A stretch of DNA of 64,000 nt, from the NCBI GenBank assembly GCA_038087875.1, contig CM075988.1, positions 16,184,001 through 16,248,000 of the forward strand, in the 5' to 3' direction. A program made the position numbers and the translations under genes. Shown here one piece after another: positions 24,101 to 36,100 of this stretch. The stretch is from Malacoraja senta. Its lineage: Eukaryota. Under the pieces are notes generated by a model. That model was not told the DNA's origin. It saw nothing but the letters and a program-made list of their open reading frames with translations, and did no database searches. How positions within the stretch are numbered: the first letter of the stretch is position 1; each line of letters starts with the position of its first letter.

Positions 24101-27100
24101 ACTGCTCGCCCATATCTCCAATGAAGCAACACCCTCCCCAATTTCATTCCTGTTTCTTATTCATGTAAATCATTGGGGTGTTAGATTTAAAGCCTAGATT
24201 TAAAGAGAAGTGCTATGTTCCATTGACATCAGAAAGACTATTTTAACAAAACAGAAAGTGCTGGAGGAACTCAGCAGGTCAGGCAACATCTGTGGAGAAC
24301 ATGGATATAAGATGTTTCAGATCAAGAGGAGTGAGAAAGCTGGAAGAGTGATGTGGGTCTGTCCATTTCCTCCACGGATGCTGCCTGACCTGCTGAGTTC
24401 CTCTAGCACGTTATACTTTGCTCAAGATTCTAACGTCTCCAGTTCCTTGTGTGATCTCATTTTAACAATGGGTCTGGGCATGGTCCACCTTGTTTGCAAA
24501 CTCACTTGTGAGCTCTAGACCACAGGAGGTCTTCCCAGACATGTACTTGCTAACCGCCCTACTCGTGTCTCTGATGGTCTGTCTCTGCTGGTCTACTATG
24601 TGTGGCCTTTTTCCACGTGAAATTTGATGGTACTGGAAACCTTCCTATTTTCTGGAGCATGCACCAGTTTCTCCCTGTGCTGTTCCCTTGAGACGTGTAT
24701 GCATGGGTGGCTGTGGTTTTGTGCCCCTGTTATATGTATGCTATTTAATCTTTCTCAGCCCAGTGACTCACATTGTACGTGTGCTGTGAGACATCAGATG
24801 GTATCTGAAGAAACAAGAGAATGCGTCAGGAAGCAGTATGACATTTGCAGTGAAGGAGCCAGCAGGAATCAGGATGGAGCTTGTCTGATGATCAAAGAGT
24901 GGGAGGAATATTGTTCACTGGAGGTCTGTACCACAGAGGGAAGTTTCATGTATCTGTCACCTTCTCCACATGATATCCCAGGGTGTAATATTGGAAACTT
25001 TCAAACCTTGACAAAGGTGGAAACCAAATTTCACTTGCATTCAACTAACTGACCAGGTGATATGTAGTAGGAGAAATAGATATTCAGCAGAGATCTTCCT
25101 TTGAAAAGTAACAAAAAATTACAAATGCTAGAAATCTGAAATAACGCAAGGTGCAGTAAATGTTCAGCAGGTCATGTCGAACCTGGCACGAGAAATATGG
25201 TTACAGTTCACATTAATGATCTTTCATAGGATGTCTTCCCGATCAATGGCTTTTCATCGGGGTTGAAGAAAAGGCATGATCTGACAAGTTTGCTGTGTTT
25301 CTATTTTCTTTTGGCTGACCTGTTGTTTCTTTCCCAGTAATTATTGCTGTCTTGTATTGAGTAACCTTTTACATCCACCCATAATATCAGGTGAGGACTT
25401 CACTTTATGTCCTCTTGGATAGATAGTATGGGGAAACAGTTCAACGCTGTGATAGCTGTGTACCTTACAGATCGCCCTTCTGCAGAGTGCTTGGTTCATA
25501 ACTCTCTGATTCAGAAGGAATCACAAAAACACGATGGAACAGCTGGAAGAGCCATTGCCTCACAACACCAGAGACCCGGGTTTGATCCAGACCATGGGTG
25601 CTGACCATAAAGAGTTTGCACGTTCTTTCTGTGGCCGCGTGCTTTCCCTCCCACATCCCAAAGATGTGCGGGTTTGTGGGTTAATTGGCATCTGTACTGG
25701 CCGTAGTGTGTAAGGAGTGGATGCGAAGTGGGATAACATGGGACTAGTGTGAACAAGGTGATCGATGGTCAGCGTGGACTTGGTGGGCCGAAGGCCCTGT
25801 TTTCACGCTGCATCTCTCACTCAACAAGTCAATATTAATATTAATTCTGGAAAGGTAATTTATATAATTAACAGGCCTATAAAAATGGATACTTTGCTAT
25901 CCAGGATACAGTGAGTGGGTCTGGGGAGATGAGAGGAAGAGAAGTGGGGGGGGAGAGGGGAGGAGGGGAGAGAGAGAGGGGGGTGTTGTCAAAATAAATG
26001 AGGAGTCACCATTTGCCCTGGCTGAAGACTACACTACTATCCTTGAGTTAGATGTTTAATACCTCATTCTGAGGTAAAATGTTTTTTTCTTTCAGTACAT
26101 TGGAACAAAGGATATGGTGAAGGGAAAGAGAGTGTGGACACTGGAGAATCAAATGGCATTGAGATTTATACTGAATGGCAGGGTAGGCTTGATGATCCGC
26201 TTGTCTGACCCAGTCTATAAGGGTGCCACAATGAACACCTATCTGTACCAATTCATTAATTTCCTACTTTCCTTGCCATTGTTCCCATATTAATATGTTG
26301 ATTTAAAAACAACAAATCCTATCAAAGTAGGAGTGGTTAGAGGGTCTAGACTGTGGGATGCTTGACTACATTTCATTGCATTGCCGTAGAGGACATACCC
26401 TCTGCAGTTCACGCCCTTGCACTCGCCCCCACCGACGACACCTTCGTAACTCTGTGATTTCTAGCACTCCCAGCAGATCCGGCTTCAAATTTTGTTTGAT
26501 ACGCTCTTGTGTAATGCCTTGGGATAATTTACTGGGAGCATGAGGTAGATTTAACCTATTGTTTGGACTATTTTACTGAGATCCAACAGTGTGTTTATTG
26601 TACACAATGTTCCCTGTGAGCTGTGTACTTCCATCTTGTGATGTTCCCCGACGTGGTTGAATTGCTATTATGTTCTGCACTGTTTCAGTGACTTTGAGGC
26701 CGATGGTTACAGGATGCTTTGTTCGTTTGCAGGTTTGTGCATCCCATGCAGACTACCAGGGCTTCGACAGATATTTGGGCCTTTGTCTCTGCCGGGTTGT
26801 TGCCTTGGACTCTGTGTGTGACCGGCAGTGCAGACGGCTCCAGTGCAGCAGGCTGCAGATACTCTGCAAAGGAGGACCAGGGCTTCTCATCACGTACAGA
26901 AGTGGTTTGCAGGTACCAACAGAGCACCTAAGTGGAAAGCACTTCCCTTGTGGTTTAGCTGGTAACTGGGTTTAGACGTTTAGATTTTAGACTTTAGAGA
27001 TACACCGTGGAAACAGGCCCTTCGGCCCACCGAGTCCCCGCTGGCCAGCGATCACCCTGTCAACTAGCACTACCCTACACACAAGGGACAATATACAATT

Positions 27101-30100
27101 TACAGAAGCCAATTAACCTTCAAACCCGTCTGTCCTTGGAATGTGGGAGGAAAGCGGAGTACCCGGAGAAAACCCACGCAGTCACAGGCAGAACGTACAA
27201 TCTCCATGCAGGCCGCACCCAGAGACGGGATCGATCCTGGGTCTCTACTGCTGTTAGGCAGCAACTCTACCACTGTCCCACTCCAGGTTAACTGAGGTAA
27301 TGCAAGGGTTGGTCAGATGGACTGTGTTTCCCACTTTATCTGGCAGCAGTGAATGATGTGATTAGAATTACTTTCTGCAGAGAAGGGAAAGGGGAAGGCC
27401 AAACAGAGTTTCAACTCTAGGTTGGACCAGTTGACCGCCTATGCTAATGCTGGGAGCTTGTCTTAGGCGGTCAACTGGTCCAACCCTCTCTGGGATATGA
27501 CGAAGCTCTTCTAGAACATCAGACATAAGACATGGAACATAGAGCACAAGAGCACTGGAACAGCCCCAACGGCCCACAACGTCCTTGCCAAACATGATAA
27601 CTAATCTGCTCTGCCTGCACGTGATCCATATTTCCCCATCCATCCCCACCCTCCCACCTCCCATTCACTTCTTACATAAGGCTGGCGTATACTTTGGCTT
27701 ACAGGTTGAGGTTCCTTTGAACCACATTGGAAGGGTCCTGAACAGTGGAAATGCCTTGGAGAAGACACAGTGCCCTCCACATCATAACTTCATTCGGCCA
27801 GTGTACCTCGTGGAGATGTCTGGTGAGACCTTATTACAGGTTCTCAGATCTTATTGTGAATGAAAAACCAATCGCTGTTCTCAAAACTCTACTTTCAAAG
27901 CAGAGAAATATATATATTTCTTTATTGGTGTTGCAAAGTTCCATTTATTCTGGGAAATTAAGACAAATAAACAAAACCTTGATTTGCTACCACATGGAAT
28001 ATAACAATTATCATTTACTGAGAGGGGGCAATTCATATTTAAATGAAATAGTATTCATCTGAGATTAAATGCTTTTATACTTGTCATTGGTACTGATTGG
28101 AGATGATCAGCCATGATCACATTGATTGGCGGTGCTGGTTCGAAGGGCCGAATGGCTTACTCCTGCACCTGTTGTCTATTATCTATTGTGTTGGGTGCTG
28201 CAGCACAAAGACTGAAGGCCCCTCATCCAGACAAACAGCTCCTCTGCATTATTGTTACAGAACATACAACATAGAATAGTACAGAGGATAAACACAAAAA
28301 GCTGGAGTAACTCAGCGGGTCAGACAGCACCTCTGGAGAAAAGGAATAGGTGACGTTTCTGGTCGTGACCCTTCTTCAGACAGTACAACAGAGGAACAGG
28401 CCCTTTGGCCCACCATGCCTGTGCTGAACATGATGCCAAATTAAACCAATCTTCTCTGCCTATACATGATCCATATCCCTTTAATTCTTGCATATCCTTG
28501 TGCCTTTCTAAAACCCTTTTAAATGCCACTATCCCATCTGACTCCACCACCATCCCTGACAAAGTGTTCCAGGCATCTACTGCTCTCTACAAAAAAACAC
28601 TTTCCCCACGCATCTCCTTTAAACTTTGCCCCTCTCACCTAGAGCTATGGACACTAGCCATTGACATTTTTGACCTGGGAAAAGGGTTCTGGCTAACTCC
28701 CCCTACCTATGACATGATGTTATATACTTTTATCTGTCTCCCTACAACCTCTGGTATTCCACAGAAAGCAATTCAAGTTTATCCAACCTTGTAGCTAATC
28801 CAGGTAACATTCTGGTAAACTTCTCCAAAGTCTCCACATCCTTGCTGTAATAGGGCGACCAAAACTGCACGCAATATTCCTGACAAGTTTAAGCTATATT
28901 TTCCTGATACTTTTTCAAAATAAGGGTTGTTTACAATGCACTTGAGCAGACTCAATGGGTCAAATGGCCTAATTCTGCTCCTATATCTTATGATCTATTA
29001 TGATCTATAAGTTAGTTAGAATGTCGTGGAAATTGGATCATATTTTGCCTGTACAAAAATGGATGCACATGGAAAACACAAAGCTGTCTCAGTCATATCC
29101 CATCTGATATTTCCCATGTTGTTTGAAGCAGGTAGACTCCTCATTAATATGCACAGAGATATAATGCCTGAAAGGTTAACACTGTTGCTCTCTCTTCATA
29201 GTTGCTGCCTGACCCGCTGATTCTCTGCAGCATTTTCTGGTTTTATTTCAGATTGCCAGCATTTGCAATGATCTGATATGAATTTAATAAGGTTATGATT
29301 TAGCGTGCGTGAAAAGATACCAAGTAATGTCCTTGTTTAGACACAAAGCTGGGGTAACTCAGTGGGTCAGGCAGCATCTCTGGAGAAAAGGGACAGGTGA
29401 CATTTTGGGTCGAGACCCTTCTTCAGACTCCATGCTTAATGTCCTTGCTTAATGGTGTTTTACAGAGAAAGGATTTCTGGGTGTATATGATCCAGATCCC
29501 AGCAAGTTAAAAAGCTTGCTAGAAATCAACTTTGTTCAGCATCCATCATTGAATATCTCTCCAGGTAATTGTAGATTAAATGTCTCTTGTGACAGTCTAT
29601 ATGCTTGTTTTCTCTCTGACCGTCTATGTACTTAATGTGTGACTTCATTTGGTTTCACCAATGCCTTGTAATAAATCTTGGCCAATGCACACCAAAGATC
29701 CTATAGCAAGCAAGATACATCACTCGACCAAAAAGACGTAGTACGGTCATGGGAAGATTCATGGGTAATTTTCGGCCCCATTTCCGTAACCGGCTTCCGT
29801 CTCCACACCAAAGACCCCTAAGGATACTAGTGCGGAGACGGAAGCCGGTTACGGAAACATCCTTGTAAAAATAAAAGTTGTTTGGGGAAAAAGCTTATCC
29901 TCATTTTCAGAATTTAAATTTATTAACACAAACTGTTCCCCCACAATGTTGATTACACTGCGAGTCGGGTCGGGTTACGGAAATGGATGAAAAGAAAGGC
30001 CCACGTTGCATACTACACATCAGCCCATTGTATTTAGAAGGAGTGATCTATCTTGCTCCGCTATAGGATCTTTGATGCACACTGTGCGACAAAAGGATCA

Positions 30101-33100
30101 ATTTCTCTTCATATTTTTGTTGTTTGTGGAGTTAATGACAGCCAGCATTGATTATGTGACATCACTTGTAATCCACCATTACAAACAGGGTTGTGACGAT
30201 AACCTGATCAAAACTGGAGAAAGACACAAAGCGCTGGAAACACTCAGCACGTCAATCAGCATCTGTGGATAGAGAAACCATTAACATTTCAGGTCAATGC
30301 CTCAGAAAAACCTGAGAATATTAATGGAGGCACAAGGAACTGCAGATGCTGGAATCCTGCGAAACACACAAAGTGCTGGAGTAACTCAACGGATCAGTCG
30401 GCATCAGTGCAAGGAATGGCCAGGTGACATTTCAGGTTGGGACCTTTCTTCAGACTTCTGACCAAAAACGTCACTTGTTCATTCCTTCCTCAGATGCTAC
30501 CGGACGTGCTGAATTACTTTGGAATAGAATTTTCCATTTCTAATAAAGGGTCATTGACTTGAAATATTAACTCTACTTCCAGAAAACTGCTGCCTGATCT
30601 AGAGTATTTTTGTTTCAGATTTCTAGCTGTTCTAATATTTACTGCCAGAAGTGAAGGAGACTTATTATTTGGTGTGGAGGATATCTGACTGGAATTCCTT
30701 CCATAAGCTAGGCTACTGTTTGATTCACCTCCACCCTATTCAGAACATTGGACTTTTTCTAAGAAACCGCTGCACTACGATGCTGAGAACAATGTTCTGA
30801 CCATATTACGTCATCGGGTGGCGCCGCGTGCGACAGCCTCGCCAGCAGCTGTCTGTCCTTTCATCCTTTTTTTTATTTTTAGTCTGTCTAAAGGTTTGTT
30901 TTTGGCGGTCTTTTAGTCATTTTTATGTGGGGGTGGGGAATTGTTTTTCTCAGTCACAACCTGGTCGAGGATGAGTCTTTCTCCGAGCCGCATCTTCGCC
31001 CCCATTCCCCCCCCCCCCCCCTCGCGGCCTACCATCTGGATTGGCGCGGCCCTTTCCTGCCGGAGTCTGGCCAGAGCTTCAGCGGCAGCGCAGCACTGAA
31101 GTACCATCGCGGAACGGGCGATGCCTTACCGAGGATCGCCATGTGGAGCTCCGGAGTGTTGGGCCAGCTGTTTAACACCGTGGAGCTGTGGTCTGCGGAG
31201 CTTCCAGCCGCGGGCGCCGCTGAGTTTAACATCGCGGAGCCTGGGATCCTTGCCGGGGTCGCCAGCGTTGAATCTCCGCCCAGCTCGGCCTGTGGACTTC
31301 GGGAGCCGCGGTCTCCGGTAGGAAGCGGCTGATTCGGAAATTCCAAGCCGCTGAGAGTGTTCTCCGTTCCGACGTCGGAGTTCCGATCATCCCGGCGAGA
31401 GGGCCTGAAACATCTGGCCGCCGTTGTGGCGAATGCGGAGGGCACATAGGCCCCGACCACGGGTGAACAAGAGGAAGAGGACTGAACTTTATTGCCTTCC
31501 CTCATAGTGGGAAACTTTGATTCTGCTGTGTGGGGATGTTCATTTTAAATTCTATCGTGTATTGTGTTCTTTATATTCGTATGGCTGTATGGTAATTCAA
31601 CTCTCACTCTACCAATTGGTGCATGTGACAATAAATGTCTCTTGTCCCTTGTCTTGACTCCGCCTTTGCTCTATCTAGTGTATTTGAGTCTGAACTGATT
31701 GTACCTGTCTGGTAATATCTGATCTGTATGGATAGCATGCAAAACAAAGCTTTTCACTGTACCTCGGTGACAATAGTGAACCTAAATCTACACCAATTCA
31801 GAGTCTCAAAATGGTTTTACATCTTTCAGAAAATGCAAGCAAGCACGAGACGTCGCCCAAACCCACGGATCCTGCGGCGCAGGGGACACGTGTTCACCCA
31901 ACTTGCGCAAACTGCACATTATTCTCTGGCATCTTCAATCCTGTCACCTGCATCCACACTGGAAGCATCATCCTGTTCACAGTGTCCTGCAAACATTACC
32001 CTGTGTACGACAGGTATGTACAGGTATGTCCCTCTCCCCATACTCTCAGTCTGAAGAAGGGTCTCGACCCGAAACATCACCTATTCCTTTTCTCCAGAGA
32101 TGCTGCCTGACCCGCTGAGTTACTCCAGCATTTTATGTCTATTGTAGGTGTGTACACACCTGCATCTCATAATGTAACATTGCTCCCACATACATTTAAT
32201 CTAACAGCTCAAAATATGTAATTATCACCCTGGATTATATCATCACTAAAAACTACTATCCATGTGGATATGTAGCCTGCAGATGCTGGAATCATGAGCA
32301 AAACACTAAATGCTGGAGGACCTCAGTGGGTCAGGCAGCATCTGGGTAAGGAATTGACAAATGCTGAAGTAGGGGCCCAATCTGAAACATCGCCTGCCTA
32401 TTCATCTGATCTACAATCATTGAGTTTAAGTTCCTGTGCAACCCTACTCTAAAGCCAACGGTATGGAGAATTAAAAGTGGAATAAAATGGATGGGCAGCA
32501 TGTGGAGCGTGTGTGATATTGCAAAGACAAGTTTCATACCCAGTGTCAATTCAATTCCCACGCCGAGTATTCACAGCCCCTTCTGTGCCGACACAACGTG
32601 TCCTGACCCCAATCGCTCATTTGCTTGAGTTCCTAAAGGGCCTGTCCCACTCGGGCCTCATTTGTGCGTCATTTACGCGACATCATTTACGCGTCACGAC
32701 GCGCATGTTGTGACGCGCACGTGATGCGCGCATGGCGTACATTATGCGCGCATGGTGCGTGGTGAGGTAGGCAGTGACGCGCGTCGCGAGCGGCGCACCA
32801 GGATTTTGGGATTCACAAAATCTTCGCGCGCCTCCTGCGTGAAGCGCAGATGACGCCCAAGTGGAACAGGCCCTTAAATTAACACTTGTTGGCTTTGTGA
32901 CTTTCCTGAACAATACTTCTTCTTTCGTGTGGCGTGCACAGCCTAAAGTTGTCAGACAACTAGTTCTATTTGATCTTCCGTTTGTGCACGTTGAGGTGAT
33001 TGCATTAGTCAAAACAGGGTGGACCACGTGAAGGTTGCAATCTTCCACCCCCTGAACAATACTGTCACCTTGTGACAAATTATAGCTTGCAGACTTGTGA

Positions 33101-36100
33101 CAGCTGGGAAGTGGATAACAGTTCATTAAGAACATAAATACAAGCAGGATAGGTCAACCAGCCCCATTCATCAAAATAAGACACAGTGTAACTCAATGGG
33201 TTAGGCAGTATCTCTGTGCTGGAGTAACTCCGGCACTCCATTGAGTTTTTAGTTTTGTTAAGAGATACAGAGCGGAAACAGGTCATTTGGCTCACCGAGT
33301 CCGCGCCAACCAGCAATCCCCGCACATTAATGCTATCCTACACACACTAGGGACAATTTACAATTATACCAAGCCAATTAGCCTACAAATCTGTACGTCT
33401 TCTTGGAAGTGTGAGAGGAAACCAAAGATCTTGGAGAAAACCCACTCCATCACTTTGTCTTTTTTTTTTAATGTGTTACTCCAGCACTTTGTGCCTTTTT
33501 ATAAAATAAATCAGCATCTGCAGTTATTTGTTTCTCCATTCATCAATATCATGGCTGCTCTTTGACCTCAGTACCATTGGGCAGGAGAATGGATAGAAAA
33601 GGTTAAGAGTGATATGGGATGTCCAGCAGGCAGCTGGGAGTAGTGTAGATTGGCACTTTGGGCCAAAGGTCCTTTCTCTGTTCTCTGTGACTATGAAGCT
33701 ACTGCCAAAACACTTGATTCCCCTAAAATCCAGAAATGTATCAATCTGCTTTGAATGAACTCTGTGGTCACTGGGTATCCACTGAATTCTATCCGGCTAT
33801 AGACGAACTCCTCAGATGATCTGTGTTGGATTCTAACTTGGGTCTTGGAGATGAGAGAATCGTGTCCCTGTATGAGAGGTTCGCAATGTTAGAGTGACTG
33901 TGGAAAGCAGAAACATGAAGAAGTGAAGCTCCAGCCTCAGTACATGCTTGTCCTTCATTAGTTCCTCAGGTTTACATCACTGCTAAAATGAGATTTAATG
34001 TCCGTTCCTAGTTATCTTTGAGAAGGCGATGATGAGACACTGAAGACTGTGAAGTGCTCCCACTCTATTGTGGGGAAGGGAGTTCCAGGATCTAGACCAA
34101 GTCAGTATCAGTGTGTGATTCGGTTACAGATCCTTTAAGTTTAATAATTCTTCTTATCGAGTCCACATCACGATTAGAAATTGTTCAGCCAGAGCTGAAC
34201 ACACTTCTCGGCATCTGCAAACAATGGCTTCTTGCGCATAATGGTGGAAAGATTGGTGGAAACAGAGCCGCGATGTGAACACTCTTTCATTGGCCCCAGT
34301 TTAATACTAAATACAAACAATTCCAGCTACTTTTTCCAAACTGAAGTCATAAAGGAGCTTAAACAATTGTGGCTTTTTATCATTGGAACAAAGCAGAGTA
34401 TGAAGTATTCAAGTTAAAGACAGCAAGGGAGATTTAGATAGAAGCAGCGAGAGGGTTTCAAATGAAAGGCCATGGATTCAATGGCAAATTAGGAGACCAG
34501 GTCTTGTTCACATGGAGAGTTGTGGAGTTCATTCCAGAGTTAGTGGTTGAGACAGAAGCCATGCGTTGGCTTAATGGATGATGGAAATGCCTTAAGGGCT
34601 CTGAAAGCTGAGTGGTCATGTGATTATTGCATGGAGGCTAATGTGAAGGATTGTTTAAGCTCCTTTATGACTTCAGTTATATGGTTATATAAGTTACAGA
34701 GAAAGGTTGAACAAGTTAGGGCTTTATTCTTTGGAGCGCAGAAGGTTAAGGGGGGACTTGATAGAGGTCTTTAAAATGATGAGAGGGATAGACAGAGTTG
34801 ACGTGGATAAGCTTTTCCCACTGAGAGTAGGGAAGATTCAAACAAGGGGACATGACTTGAGAATTAAGGGACAGAAGTTTAGGGGTAACATGAGGGGGAA
34901 CTTCTTTACTCAGAGAGTGGTGGCTGTGTGGAATGAGCTTCCAGTGAAGGTGGTGGAGGCAGGTTCATTTTTATCATTTAAAACTAAATTGGATAGTTAT
35001 ATGGACGGGAAAGGAATGGAGGGTTATGGTCTGAGCGCAGGTATATGGGACTAGGAGAGAATACGTGTTCGGCACGGACTAGAAGGGTCGAGATGGCCTG
35101 TTTCCGTGCTGTAATTGTTATATGGTGAAGCTGACTGTGTTGCTTCTGTATGTGAAGAGGGAACGTCAAAGTGAACAAAAGGGACTTGCATTATATGACA
35201 TCTTCTACTACATGAGGTTATCTCAAACTGCTCTACTGACAATGAAATGTTGTAATGTCAGAAACACATTTGCCAGTTCGAACCTGACGTCGCGTACTGC
35301 CTGTACGGAGTTTGTACGTTCTCATCGAGAGCTGCATGGATTTTATCGGGGTGCTCCGGTTTCTTCCCACACTCCAAAGAAGTATCAGCTTGTAGGTTAA
35401 TTGGCTTTGGTGAAATTCTAAATTATCCCCAGTGTGTGCATAAGATAGTGTCAATGTACGGGGATCGCTAGTCGGCGCGGACTCAACGGGCCTGTTTCTG
35501 CGCTGTATGTCTAAACTAAACTAAACCAAACTAAATGTTGGCCAGATCTTTTACATCCACCATTGAGAACAATCTAGATCTTGGATTGAATATCTCGGTT
35601 TAAAACAGCATCTCCAACAATGCAGCTTTGTGGGCAAGCCTGGAACTGGGTCCCCAGGTCTCCTGAGTGGGAGCTGAAACCAAAACTCTTTAACTCTGCT
35701 GAAAATGGTACCTCCATGCACTGTCAAATTTTAGCATGCATCAAGATAAGAAATGCAATGTCATAAGGTATGAGTGATGTCCCAGCGATGTGTCCGTATT
35801 GTCGGGGTGGGAAGGTAAATCAGGAAATGGATAAGTGAAAATTTCCAAAATAAAAACATACAGTACATTATTTTTCTAGTGCAAATCTGTACAACACTGA
35901 CAGCGCCTTTGACTGGGGTGCGTTCCGTGAACTTGTTGAGGAGTTGGAACTCGCCTCGAGCTCATCCTGGCTCTTTACTTATCGTTTCAACCAGCCTGGT
36001 GTTCATGTCCTCCAACTGAGCAGCAACCACCACAAGAAGATGGTGAGTGCCCACCTACTGATCATAGTCCTTCACCATATTCATGTTTTCTCAAAGTCCT

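Noticed and set aside
30925..31505. Overlapping 135-158 aa ORFs on both strands
   Set aside because: GC-rich repeat interior; no recognisable protein and no splice compatibility with the gene
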